A stretch of DNA of 64,000 nt from IMG/VR virus record IMGVR_UViG_3300042895_001344, positions 153,143 through 217,142 of that record. One strand, written 5' to 3'. Made by a program: the position numbers and the translations under genes. Shown piece by piece: positions 1-9,853 of this stretch. Position 1 is the first letter of the stretch. Each line of letters opens with the position of its first letter. The notes under the pieces are model-generated. The model saw only the letters and a list, made by a program, of their open reading frames with translations. It made no database searches and was not told the DNA's origin.

Positions 1-1
1 C

Positions 2-481
2 TCTAAAGTCATAATCAAAAGCATTTCCTTTATCGTCAATTCTGTATGTTATTCTACCAAACGCAGCACCCGCGGTAACTTCAGTAGATGTAAAATATGG
101 ATCATATTGTATTGTATCACCTGAATATTCTGGTTGATATGCGTGTTCTGAAATTTTATCAACATCAGTTGCCAACACAAGTATAGGTGCCACATTACCT
201 TGTTTGTAATTACCCGTTTCAATTGTACTACCAGTGTGGTCATAATCAGGTTGGTCATAACAAGTTTTGAAATCTGTAATTAAATAATGTTTACCTGGTG
301 TTAATGTTGCACCTGTTAAAAGAGAATATAACTCACTATGTGTTACTTCCTCATATATTGAGACACTTAGTAAATTACTTACGCTTACTTTTTTAGTTTC
401 TCCGTTGTTAACTATTGGTAACATATCTCCCGATAAAGGTTCGGTAAGTTCATTTAATAGTGAAATTTTTTGATCTGCCAT
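2..481 (-). CDS. Partial (runs off the window) tail-fibre/structural protein, MADQKISLLNELTEPLSGDMLPIV...
   Basis: Hand translation: ATG at 481, open for 160 codons to the window edge; not in the ORF track. The N-terminus resembles that of 3568..4989, and a TATTTATA motif lies upstream. Confidence 0.75.
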   Translation of the reverse strand, partial: MADQKISLLNELTEPLSGDMLPIVNNGETKKVSVSNLLSVSIYEEVTHSELYSLLTGATLTPGKHYLITDFKTCYDQPDYDHTGSTIETGNYKQGNVAPILVLATDVDKISEHAYQPEYSGDTIQYDPYFTSTEVTAGAAFGRITYRIDDKGNAFDYDFR

Positions 482-502
482 TTTGTGTTTGTTTTTCTTT
501 TA

Positions 503-510
503 TATAAATA
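503..510 (-). promoter_or_regulatory. TATTTATA putative late-promoter motif
   Basis: 21 nt upstream of the ATG at 481; recurrent motif (see findings). Confidence 0.5.
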
Positions 511-546
511 GTTTTATTTTTTGTCTATTACTTAGTATTTTTATTA

Positions 547-3525
547 TTAACTACCGAATGTTATTGATATTGGGTCGGCATATACAAATGGATTAGCCGA
601 TGTTACTGTTTGTGTGGCAGGTCCCGTTTGTATTGTAAAGATTCCGCCAATAGTATCAGCAAAGAACGTACCTGGTGTTGTACTTGTGTATGTTACAGTG
701 TTAGCACCTTGTGTTATAGATATTGTACCACCATTAGTTGCCAATTCAGTAAATTGAGTTGTGTAGTTGGTACCATTACTATCATCTAAATTGAAATAAA
801 TTTCATTAACACCGTTTGATTTATTTGGATTAAATGTTTCAGTTACTTCATTAGTTTCATTATTTCTTATTAAAAATATAGAATTACCATCTGATAACGG
901 TGGTTGTGCATCAAAAATACCTCCTTCATCACTATAGAAATACCACGCACCTATTCCTCCACCTATTGATGTTGGTGTGGGTGTCGGTGTTGGTCCTCCT
1001 AATCCTATACCTACAACGACATCAATCGAACCGCCAGACCATGTGTAAGTATATGTTCCATTAGTTAAACCTAAACTCGATAATGTTTGACCTGTAAATG
1101 TTTGACTACTTGAAATGTTCGCACCTGATGTGTATCCTGTTGGTACAATCAATAAGTATGGTGGTGCCATATTCATGATTACACCAAACGCCTGTCCAGT
1201 ACCTGAACTATGTGGTAATCCAGAACCACTTCCGAAATTACTTGGTACAGATGTGAATCCACTATATGAACTACCTGATGAACCACTAGCCCCACAAACA
1301 AATGTTGCATTACTAATACCTAAACCTCCATTTCCAAATGGTCCAGCACTTGATGATACTAAAGTTAATCCACTAAGGTCAACTGTTCCCGATGCAGACA
1401 TAACAACATTAGAACCTACTTCAGTTATAGTAACTGTCATTGGTGCCGAACCAGATGTTGGTGTTGGAGTTGGTGTACTTGTTGCCGGTAAAGGTGTTGC
1501 AGTACTTGTCGGTTCTGGTGTTGGTGTACTTGTTGCAGCTAAAGGTGTTGGTGTAGGTGTATCTGTTGGTACTCCTGTTGGTGCTGGTGTCGCCGTTGCA
1601 GGTTCAGGTGTACTTGTTGCCTCAGGTGTTGGTGTAGGTGTGTCTGTTGGAACGTTTGTTGGTTCTGTTGTAGACGTAGGTGTTGGAGTTGGTGTCGATT
1701 GACCTGAAACTAATATATCTATATAGAAAACCTCCCCAAATGTAAATGTAGAAACGGGCGAACTTTGTACTAATGATAATTTAGTTGAATCTAAAAAATA
1801 CGAACTATTACTACCGTCATATACCATGGCAATATTTGTACCTGAATATATTGCACTATTTCCATTTTGACATAATGTTACAGTAAATGAAGTACCTACT
1901 GCATTTCCGAAGTATGTTGTTTGGTCTGTTCCATCATTATCAATTTCATTAAAATATAATACCGAAGAATTAGTACCTAATATATTAACGAGATTTAATG
2001 CTGTTGCCGGCATTGTACTTGATATCCAAAGTGACTCACCTGAACTTGGTGTTGTTAATAAATTTGACAACACATAAGGTTTACCACTACATGATGCAAC
2101 TGTTGTTGGTGTAGGGGTTGGTGTTTCAGTAGGTGTCGGTGTTGGTGTTGCGGTTGATGAAACTACTGTTGGTGTAGGTGTTGGTGTCATTTCAGGGAAC
2201 ACAGCTTTTAATGTTGCTGTATCACCAGTAATAGTTACAATGGTGTTAGATGAATTAGGTACAGGTAAATTAACATTAGTACCCTCCCAATTTTGGAATA
2301 ACCCACTACCACTAAACGCAGTAATAGAATATTGTTGATTTTTAACAACACTGATTGTTGTATCTGATGTATATGTGACTCCACCGAATGAAATACCATC
2401 ATAACCCATAACTATATCAATAAATAACGACGCCATTTCTGGTGTTGGTGTTGGTGTAGCGGTTGGACCTGGTGTTGGTGTTGGTGTAGGTGTATTTGAT
2501 GGAATACAGTTAACAATATCCACAAATTGACTATTGGTAAACTGAGATAAGAAATAAAATCCACTACCATCGGTAAGAATGTAATACCCATCAAATAGTA
2601 ATGAAACTGTTTCATTTGAATTTGAACTTACGTAAACATAATCAAAAATTTCACCATCGACATAACCGATAATTGAATCCTGTGCGGAACAACTTGAATT
2701 CATTAAACAATCAAGTGCACTACAAGCGGTGGTTAAATCATTAAAAAATGGACCCGTATTATCGGTATTACCAATTATTGTAATTTGATATGGATGATTA
2801 ATTGGTTCATTCGTTGCCGTTGGTGTACTTGTTGCCGGTAAAGGTGTATCTGTTGGTACGGGAGTTGGTGTACTTGTTGCCGGTAAAGGTGTAGGAGTAT
2901 CAGTTGGTACCGATGTTGAATCTGGCGTTGGTGTAGGAGTTGGGGTTGTTGATGTAGATTCTAATAAAATATTATCCCCATTTTCTTGTAATAAACTATC
3001 ACCATTCTCTTGTAATAAACTATCACCTAAATTATCTGTCGGTGTTGGTGTAGGTGTTGCTGTAGCTGGTAACGGAGTTGGAGTACTAGTTGCCGGTAAA
3101 GGAGTAGGTGTTGCCGTTGGTAAATTTGTAGGTGTAGGGGTTGGTGTTGGTAAATCTTCACCATATGTTGTAAAATAACCGTTATTATTTAACCAAGTTT
3201 TAGCATCACTACCATTTGTAAATGGTTCTAAACCATCTGTTATTGGTAAAACGTTTAATAAATCTAATAAAGATTGTTCGGTTAAATCTGTTGATCTCCA
3301 AAAATTAATATAGGAATCTTCATCCACCGGTGTCGGATGATCTCCCGTTGGTACTTGGTTGGCAATAACATAACCTAACTCTTCATCGGGTCCCATCCAC
3401 CATTTAACCCCACCTGGATCTTGTGAATAATCTTGATCTGAAACACCTATTGCGATGTTTCCAATTTGTATTGTTCCGTCTATGGTGGTACCTGTGTTGT
3501 ATGCGAAGGGTCTTGTTGTTGCCAT
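547..3525 (-). CDS. 992-aa modular Pro/Thr-repeat fibre or decoration protein with a PEP-CTERM-protein-like beta domain
   Basis: Globular segments separated by several (TP)n linkers; LLQENGD repeat; domain starting VTITEVGSNVVMSASGTVDL; no signal peptide. Confidence 0.65.
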   Translation of the reverse strand: MATTRPFAYNTGTTIDGTIQIGNIAIGVSDQDYSQDPGGVKWWMGPDEELGYVIANQVPTGDHPTPVDEDSYINFWRSTDLTEQSLLDLLNVLPITDGLEPFTNGSDAKTWLNNNGYFTTYGEDLPTPTPTPTNLPTATPTPLPATSTPTPLPATATPTPTPTDNLGDSLLQENGDSLLQENGDNILLESTSTTPTPTPTPDSTSVPTDTPTPLPATSTPTPVPTDTPLPATSTPTATNEPINHPYQITIIGNTDNTGPFFNDLTTACSALDCLMNSSCSAQDSIIGYVDGEIFDYVYVSSNSNETVSLLFDGYYILTDGSGFYFLSQFTNSQFVDIVNCIPSNTPTPTPTPGPTATPTPTPEMASLFIDIVMGYDGISFGGVTYTSDTTISVVKNQQYSITAFSGSGLFQNWEGTNVNLPVPNSSNTIVTITGDTATLKAVFPEMTPTPTPTVVSSTATPTPTPTETPTPTPTTVASCSGKPYVLSNLLTTPSSGESLWISSTMPATALNLVNILGTNSSVLYFNEIDNDGTDQTTYFGNAVGTSFTVTLCQNGNSAIYSGTNIAMVYDGSNSSYFLDSTKLSLVQSSPVSTFTFGEVFYIDILVSGQSTPTPTPTSTTEPTNVPTDTPTPTPEATSTPEPATATPAPTGVPTDTPTPTPLAATSTPTPEPTSTATPLPATSTPTPTPTSGSAPMTVTITEVGSNVVMSASGTVDLSGLTLVSSSAGPFGNGGLGISNATFVCGASGSSGSSYSGFTSVPSNFGSGSGLPHSSGTGQAFGVIMNMAPPYLLIVPTGYTSGANISSSQTFTGQTLSSLGLTNGTYTYTWSGGSIDVVVGIGLGGPTPTPTPTSIGGGIGAWYFYSDEGGIFDAQPPLSDGNSIFLIRNNETNEVTETFNPNKSNGVNEIYFNLDDSNGTNYTTQFTELATNGGTISITQGANTVTYTSTTPGTFFADTIGGIFTIQTGPATQTVTSANPFVYADPISITFGS

Positions 3526-3532
3526 TATGTTA

Positions 3533-3540
3533 TATAAATA
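3533..3540 (-). promoter_or_regulatory. TATTTATA putative late-promoter motif
   Basis: 7 nt upstream of the ATG at 3525. Confidence 0.55.
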
Positions 3541-3567
3541 CTTTTATTTTCTGTCTATTTTAATTTT

Positions 3568-4989
3568 TTAGTGTAATCTTTCTATTGAAATAAAGTTATT
3601 AAGATAAGTGTCACCGATTATCAAAATAATTCTATATACTCTATTGTTTGTATCATCTCTTAAAATGTAGGTAGATGTATCACCTTGTCCAGTAAAGTTC
3701 CAATTAAACATTGATGCAGTTGCGGTTGTTGATAATGAAGTTGAACTAACACTTCCCGATGAAGAACCTCCAAAAGCTTGATAATGTGCCGAAATAAATC
3801 CTGTAACAGTATCAGATACTGTTGCGACACTCAACCCCCTATTACCGCTTGATGTTAGAGTTGCTTTAATATTATCTAATGTTACAAATGTTCCAGCATT
3901 TACTATTCCACTTGATTTACACGTCAATTCACCACTAACGCCGGCGGGTGACTTACTTAAATCAAGATATACACCTCTTGCACCTCCACCTTGTTCAAAA
4001 ATTCTTAATCTATTTTGATAAGAATCAATTGTAATTCCACTACCTGTAAGTGAGTTGTTTGTTTGTGATTTTGCTAATAAAATTTCTCCACCTTCATCAC
4101 CACTTCCAGTTCCAATTTGTAATGCAGTTGTTATTATATTCATTGAACCACTTATTATTACCGAACCTGTAATATTTTGAGTTGTTGAAATTGAACCTGT
4201 TGTAATTAAACCCGTATAACTAACAACTCCACTAGTTCCTGATGAACCATTAGAACCCGATGTTCCACTACTACCATTAGAACCTGATGTACCACTTGTA
4301 CCTGACCAACCATTTATTTGGGTTACCATCATAAAACACTGATTTGTGCTAAACCCACCAGTTGAATTACTAAAAGTACTTCTTAGGGCTACTTGTGTCG
4401 TTCCTGTTGTGACAATAATTGCCTCCGCCAATGGTTGCCAAGCTGCAGGAGCGACACTATTAACAACTATTACACCTGCTAGATTTCCTATTAAAGTATT
4501 ACTTGTGGTTACATTTATCCATTGATATTGTGTTTCAGCATTGTTTATATTATTTGCCAATGCAAAACTAGCATTAAGTTTATATGTCTTATTTGCTGCT
4601 AAGGTTATAATACCCGTAGATTGATTATAAGATACCGAACCATTTGATATTGTGGTACCCGATAATATAAAATTATTTCCCGTTGATGGTATGGTTGCAG
4701 TTGATGGTGTAAAATATAACCAATCATTGTCTACGTAACCTGATGTTCCCGATGACCCTGAACTACCGTTTGAACCTGACGAACCCGAAGAACCGTTAGA
4801 CCCCGATGTTCCCGATGAACCGGCAGTTCCTGAAGAACCTAAATCAAGAAATGGTTGACTTGATACCAAATCTTCAATTGATATGCGATTTGATGTGTAC
4901 CCACTACCGCTGGTTGAGGATATCATTAATATATCATCAATTTTTACGGAACCCGTACTAGTTAATTCTGAAACTTTTATTAGTGCCAT
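3568..4989 (-). CDS. Tail-fibre-like protein with Gly-Ser-Ser collagen-like triplets
   Basis: Two G-X-X blocks (GSSGTSGSNGSSG...) flank a beta-rich domain; beta-rich C-terminal domain. Confidence 0.65.
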   Translation of the reverse strand: MALIKVSELTSTGSVKIDDILMISSTSGSGYTSNRISIEDLVSSQPFLDLGSSGTAGSSGTSGSNGSSGSSGSNGSSGSSGTSGYVDNDWLYFTPSTATIPSTGNNFILSGTTISNGSVSYNQSTGIITLAANKTYKLNASFALANNINNAETQYQWINVTTSNTLIGNLAGVIVVNSVAPAAWQPLAEAIIVTTGTTQVALRSTFSNSTGGFSTNQCFMMVTQINGWSGTSGTSGSNGSSGTSGSNGSSGTSGVVSYTGLITTGSISTTQNITGSVIISGSMNIITTALQIGTGSGDEGGEILLAKSQTNNSLTGSGITIDSYQNRLRIFEQGGGARGVYLDLSKSPAGVSGELTCKSSGIVNAGTFVTLDNIKATLTSSGNRGLSVATVSDTVTGFISAHYQAFGGSSSGSVSSTSLSTTATASMFNWNFTGQGDTSTYILRDDTNNRVYRIILIIGDTYLNNFISIERLH

Positions 4990-5013
4990 TTTTATTTATA
5001 TTTTTATAATTTT

Positions 5014-5337
5014 TTATTCAGGTATTAGTATGTTTCCATTTTCATCTGAAATTATGTAAACACCGTTTTCGGTTATTATACCAAACTCATTCGGAGTTGG
5101 ACTTGGTGTATTTGTTATTGTAGGAGTTGGTGTAGGTGTAATTGTTGGAGTGGCAGTTGGTGGAACAGGGGTAGATGTTGGCGTTGGTGTTGGTGTATCT
5201 GTTGGTACCGGTGTTGGTGTACTTGTAGCTGGTAAAGGTGTATCGGTAATTGACGGCGTCGGCGTAGGTGTCCCCGTTGGTGGGGATGTTTGGTTTTTTG
5301 GGACTAAAATGAATTTACCGTTTATCTGCCAAGACAT
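5014..5337 (-). CDS. Small Pro/Thr-repeat structural protein
   Basis: (TP)n core, C-terminal IITENG...DENGNILI motif. Confidence 0.7.
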   Translation of the reverse strand: MSWQINGKFILVPKNQTSPPTGTPTPTPSITDTPLPATSTPTPVPTDTPTPTPTSTPVPPTATPTITPTPTPTITNTPSPTPNEFGIITENGVYIISDENGNILIPE

Positions 5338-5362
5338 ACATTAAATATTTTGTTTTATGAAA

Positions 5363-7090
5363 TTATATTGGTGTAGGGGTTGGAGTTGGTAAAGTATTCT
5401 GATCTACGAATCCAAAACAAACCGTACAATAGTTTTCTGTTTCAGTGTAATTAAAACTTACGCTACTTACCGTACCATCTATACGGATAATATTAAACCC
5501 TTCAATTCCTGTAAATTGAGTATATTGAGTTCCATTTACTGGGTTTTGGTATGTTGTATCTAGTTCCCAAATTGGTGTGAATGGTGCGGAAACGATAACC
5601 GGAACGGATGTAATTGAATTACCCACACTAGCAAAGGCAATCAAAGGATTTGTAACTGGTTGACTAAATGTTGCGGTAAACACACCCATCGATGTATTTC
5701 GTATTTGAGTTCCACTAACCGGAACATTATATTCTTGAGGGAACGTTGTACCCTCATACATACCTGAACTCTGTATTCCCATACCACCTACACTTTGTGT
5801 AACTGCAATAGTAATACCATTTTGACCTATACCTGATGCGGTTGAATCGGTAACTGAGTTAATAGTCATCCATTGAAATCCTAAACTTACAGGTGTTGCT
5901 GTAGGTGTAACAGTTGGCGTAGGAGTTGGACTTGGTGTCGATGTAGGAACCGGAGTTGGTGAAGGTGTTACTGTTGGTGTTGCCGTTGGTGGAACATATG
6001 CTCTCACGTCATCAACACAAGGTGCATTACATATTTCAAAAGTATATCCTGTTAATGTTCTAAAATTATGTTTAACGTGAATAAAATCTAATGGTTCTTC
6101 ATAATATAATGCCGATTTAATATTAAACCCACATGTTTTTGATGTATTACCAAAATAAGTGTAGTTATATCCTCCACCCCAAGATTGTATTAAAGTTTGT
6201 TCGTCTCTATATGACGGTATAATCTCTTCCCAATTAGTTTCGGTATAAATTAAATTACCATTTAAATAAAACTTTAAATCACCCAATCTCATATCTCTTT
6301 GTTCCGCCCATTTTTTATTTAATTCTTCAACATACTCAGTTGTAATTGTACCACCCGTAACCCAATCTTCTATTGTATTGGTAATTGTGTATCCTGTTGT
6401 GATTTGTGTTGATGTCATTGCGGTGACACCTGTTAATGGTTTAATAAATTCTACCGCATGTGGACCTCTAATTAAATTGTTAAATCCACCCACATTATCC
6501 AAATCACAATCTGTAAATTCTTTATATCTATTAAAAACTATCGTTAAATTAAAATCACTCGTATTTCCTGTTACACATAATACAGGTGTTTGACCATTTA
6601 AAAGACTATGTGTCTCAGTATAACCCGTAGTATTACAATAACCTGAATAATGATATGAAACCCACTTTACCCTACCATCATTTGTAAATTGAAATGATAA
6701 GTTATTATCCAAATAATTTGTATATGTAGTATCACCATCAACCCCGATATAGTAAAAAATCGTACCTCCAGACCAATTTACTGAGTTTCTATTGAATACA
6801 AAATCCAACGTCCAACCCTTTTCTGTTCTTCTTCTAACCGTAAAATCACAGGTATCTCCCGTGTAACGACTAGCAACCGGAACAACCCATGGTTTCTGAT
6901 CGTTTAAAGGTGTGGTTAAACAACTTGAGTCAATTGTAAGAGCACTATATGTGATTGGGGTAGTTAAATCTAACACATCTGTATCGTAATCAACCTCATT
7001 TGTGGTTAATTGATAGTCATAAAGTTCCGATGAATCTAACTTCAAATCCAATTTAGATCCGTAATAGTTTAAAATATTCTGTCTATTCAT
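5363..7090 (-). CDS. Structural protein with a lectin/LamG-like beta region and PT linker
   Basis: The ORF track starts at 7111, but the ATG at 7090 (MNRQNILNYYG) lies 5 nt after a TATTTATA motif; beta-rich sequence. Confidence 0.55.
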   Translation of the reverse strand: MNRQNILNYYGSKLDLKLDSSELYDYQLTTNEVDYDTDVLDLTTPITYSALTIDSSCLTTPLNDQKPWVVPVASRYTGDTCDFTVRRRTEKGWTLDFVFNRNSVNWSGGTIFYYIGVDGDTTYTNYLDNNLSFQFTNDGRVKWVSYHYSGYCNTTGYTETHSLLNGQTPVLCVTGNTSDFNLTIVFNRYKEFTDCDLDNVGGFNNLIRGPHAVEFIKPLTGVTAMTSTQITTGYTITNTIEDWVTGGTITTEYVEELNKKWAEQRDMRLGDLKFYLNGNLIYTETNWEEIIPSYRDEQTLIQSWGGGYNYTYFGNTSKTCGFNIKSALYYEEPLDFIHVKHNFRTLTGYTFEICNAPCVDDVRAYVPPTATPTVTPSPTPVPTSTPSPTPTPTVTPTATPVSLGFQWMTINSVTDSTASGIGQNGITIAVTQSVGGMGIQSSGMYEGTTFPQEYNVPVSGTQIRNTSMGVFTATFSQPVTNPLIAFASVGNSITSVPVIVSAPFTPIWELDTTYQNPVNGTQYTQFTGIEGFNIIRIDGTVSSVSFNYTETENYCTVCFGFVDQNTLPTPTPTPI

Positions 7091-7095
7091 TATAA

Positions 7096-7128
7096 TATAA
7101 ATATCTTTCATAACATTTGATATTTATA
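7096..7128. promoter_or_regulatory. Back-to-back divergent TATTTATA motifs (7096-7103 minus, 7121-7128 plus)
   Basis: Each copy points toward its own divergent gene at the strand switch. Confidence 0.6.
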
Positions 7129-7143
7129 TAAAAGTCTATTTAG

Positions 7144-7893
7144 ATGAATAATTTTATAAAACAGGTAATTGAGGAGAAATTTGCTTCAAAAGCACAACAA
7201 AGGTTCTTCTACGCTAAGGCGAATGAAAAGGGTAAACCCAAGAAAGAAAAGAAGAAATGGTCTAAATGGGCTAAGGAGTTCTCCGATAAAACAGATTATG
7301 ATGAAATCCCCGATAAAGTAGAGAAAGAGGAAGAAGTAGATGAAATCGTGGACGGTGCCGGTAATTTTGCTAAAAGTAAAAAACCAACTAACTCAAGAGC
7401 TGAAGTAACATCAAATTCAACAACTGATGAATTTGTATTAACAGGAGCGGGTCAATCGTCTATATCACCAAAATTAGGTATGGGTTTTAGAAGATATTGG
7501 GGTGAGTCTGATATGAGTAAAGCATTAGGTGCTGAAGATACAATTATGGATGATGCTAATTATGAAGAAGCTAAAAAGAAATTTATTGAGTTGGGTGTAA
7601 CTGACCCAAAGGAATTGGAAGATAGATTAGGACAAATGGGATATGATCCAAAATTACCAGACGATAAGGTGAGATTGGTAGAAAACCCTAAAAAATTCAT
7701 GGAAGAATACATAGATAATCTTTTAAAACAAAAAGGAAAAGATAATGATGTATTACCCAAAGAAGAAGAGGTTGAGGAGATTGAAATCAATCCAATAGTT
7801 GTAAAACAAATAAAATCACTTAAAAATAGTATGAAAACTTATGGTCTTAAACCAGACCATATTTTGAAAGGACTTAAAGACGATAATGAATAA
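7144..7893 (+). CDS. Hypothetical protein, probable virion/internal head protein
   Basis: 249-aa ORF after the motif; N-terminal IKQVIEE and KFASKAQQRFFYA segment. Confidence 0.6.
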   Translation: MNNFIKQVIEEKFASKAQQRFFYAKANEKGKPKKEKKKWSKWAKEFSDKTDYDEIPDKVEKEEEVDEIVDGAGNFAKSKKPTNSRAEVTSNSTTDEFVLTGAGQSSISPKLGMGFRRYWGESDMSKALGAEDTIMDDANYEEAKKKFIELGVTDPKELEDRLGQMGYDPKLPDDKVRLVENPKKFMEEYIDNLLKQKGKDNDVLPKEEEVEEIEINPIVVKQIKSLKNSMKTYGLKPDHILKGLKDDNE

Positions 7894-8377
7894 AGAGTTA
7901 AAAAATAGGGACTTTGATTTACCACAGAACATTTTAGATAAGATCAACCACACGGTTACAGGTCTTAACGGTCAAAATGTGCATGGGGTAATGAGAGCAA
8001 AAAAACTTTTAACCGATAAAAAAGTAACATATGGTCAACTTAAACGTATTATTCATGACATACAAGGTATGGATAAAGTTGCTGATAAAATTAGGTATGA
8101 CTTGGCTGGTGGTGATTTAATGGATACGTGGTCAAAACAATATCTTCAGGGTGAGAGAGATTTAATTCAAAATAGAAAAGAAGGTAGAAAACAGGCTGAT
8201 GATATTTCAAGTACAACGGGAGAAAGAAAAAATAGTTTCTTAACGAAACATACAAAAAAATCAAGTTGGTTACCGTCATTTAAATTTAATTCTAATTCAG
8301 AAAAAAATTCAGTGGCGTCAATAAAATTAACAGGTTTATTTGAACAAGTTAATAGAATAAAAAAATTAATGTTATAA
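7886..8377 (+). CDS. Hypothetical protein ending in LFEQVNRIKKLML
   Basis: ORF coupled to both neighbours. Confidence 0.7.
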   Translation: MNKELKNRDFDLPQNILDKINHTVTGLNGQNVHGVMRAKKLLTDKKVTYGQLKRIIHDIQGMDKVADKIRYDLAGGDLMDTWSKQYLQGERDLIQNRKEGRKQADDISSTTGERKNSFLTKHTKKSSWLPSFKFNSNSEKNSVASIKLTGLFEQVNRIKKLML

Positions 8378-8378
8378 T

Positions 8379-9071
8379 ATGGCAACAAAATTAGATCAAA
8401 TATCAGAACAGTTTAGAAAAGAATCTATTACAAGAAATTCTTATAACGAAAAGAATTTATATAATAGTCAAAATATTAATGCATTATCTAACGGAGATGA
8501 AAAAGGTAAAGGTCAAATTGGTGACAGCGATAAAATCGGTTCAACCACTGACATTCAAAATAGAATTTCAAGTTTAGGTAGAAACACTTACAATGAAAAT
8601 AATCAATATAGTTTAACTAATCCAAATGCATTAGCAGATGGAGATGAAAAAGGAAGAGGTCAAAAAGAAGATAATGTTGCAATTGGAACATCTGTAGATA
8701 TTGCAAATAGAAATTTATTATTAAGTAAAAACACATATAAATTAAATAATAAATATGGTGTTAACAATCCTAATGCAATGTCCGACGGTGATGAAAAAGG
8801 TAAGGGACAAAAAGGTGAAACAGGTGAGGTTGGTTCAAGAACTGACGTGTTAAAAAGAACTGAAAATTTAGTAAAAAATAAGTTTAATAAAAAGAATTTA
8901 TATAATAGTACAAATCCTGATGCAATTTCTGACGGAGATGAAAATGGTAAAGGACCTAAAGATGAAAATGGAACTGTTGGTTCTAAAACTGATATTTTAA
9001 AAAGAACCGAAAATACTGGTAAGAATAGTTATAACTCTAAAAAAGAATATAATAGACATCCAACAGAATAA
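8379..9071 (+). CDS. Protein of four tandem 49-aa repeats (NPNA.SDGDEKG.G)
   Basis: Repeats visible in the translation. Confidence 0.8.
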   Translation: MATKLDQISEQFRKESITRNSYNEKNLYNSQNINALSNGDEKGKGQIGDSDKIGSTTDIQNRISSLGRNTYNENNQYSLTNPNALADGDEKGRGQKEDNVAIGTSVDIANRNLLLSKNTYKLNNKYGVNNPNAMSDGDEKGKGQKGETGEVGSRTDVLKRTENLVKNKFNKKNLYNSTNPDAISDGDENGKGPKDENGTVGSKTDILKRTENTGKNSYNSKKEYNRHPTE

Positions 9072-9820
9072 TGAGTTTTACAAATACAATCTTCAAAATA
9101 CTTGAAGAACAAAATATTTTAAGGACATCAAAAACTAAACCTATAGTTGATTCAATCAAAAATAGGAATAAGATTTCTTTTTTTTATACTGGTCCAAGAA
9201 AACCTGCAAAAGATAGTGTTAAACCTGGTAAAAGAATTGATGCCGAAGCAGTGGCTTTAGGGTTAAGTAAAAGAGGTAATTTAGTTATTCGTGCATATGT
9301 CCAACCACCTTCAGTATCCAAAAAAGGATTTGATAAAACAGGTTGGAGAACTTTTATGGTTAGTAGAATGAGTGATTTAAGAATTAGCGATGAAAAATTT
9401 GATCAGAAGAGACCCGACTATAAAGAAGGTGATGATAAATCAATGAGTGTTACTTACGTAACAACAGATTGGACAAATAAACCTGAGGTTAAGAAACCAA
9501 GGATTGTTAAACCAAAACCAAGTGTCCCTTCGGCAACTGCAACAACTCAATCAACTCCAAGTGTTGACCCGACAACAACAACTACACCTGAGGAACCAAA
9601 AACAACAGAACTACCACAACCAAAAACTCAAACTAAACCTGAGAAAGTTGTACCAAAACCTGAACCAACAAAAACAGAACCTGAAACAACAGAACCTAAA
9701 ACACAAGAATTACCTCAACCAAAACAAACAGAAAAACCAGTTGCAAATCCTGAAGAGGATGAGGAAAATAAAAATTTACAAGAAAGTATTAAAAATATTA
9801 AGCGTTTAATGTTTTCTTAA
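9071..9820 (+). CDS. WYL-like domain protein with Pro/Thr/Lys/Glu tail
   Basis: ISFFYTG...G.R..EAVALG...LVIRAYV...GWRTFMVSRM matches the WYL/SH3-like pattern. Confidence 0.65.
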   Translation: MSFTNTIFKILEEQNILRTSKTKPIVDSIKNRNKISFFYTGPRKPAKDSVKPGKRIDAEAVALGLSKRGNLVIRAYVQPPSVSKKGFDKTGWRTFMVSRMSDLRISDEKFDQKRPDYKEGDDKSMSVTYVTTDWTNKPEVKKPRIVKPKPSVPSATATTQSTPSVDPTTTTTPEEPKTTELPQPKTQTKPEKVVPKPEPTKTEPETTEPKTQELPQPKQTEKPVANPEEDEENKNLQESIKNIKRLMFS

Positions 9821-9853
9821 AATAGTTTATTATAATATAAAATATTTATTAAC

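Noticed and set aside
1115-1702. 195-aa plus-strand ORF (also 5150..5344)
   Set aside because: Antisense shadow of (TP)n codons, giving GV repeats
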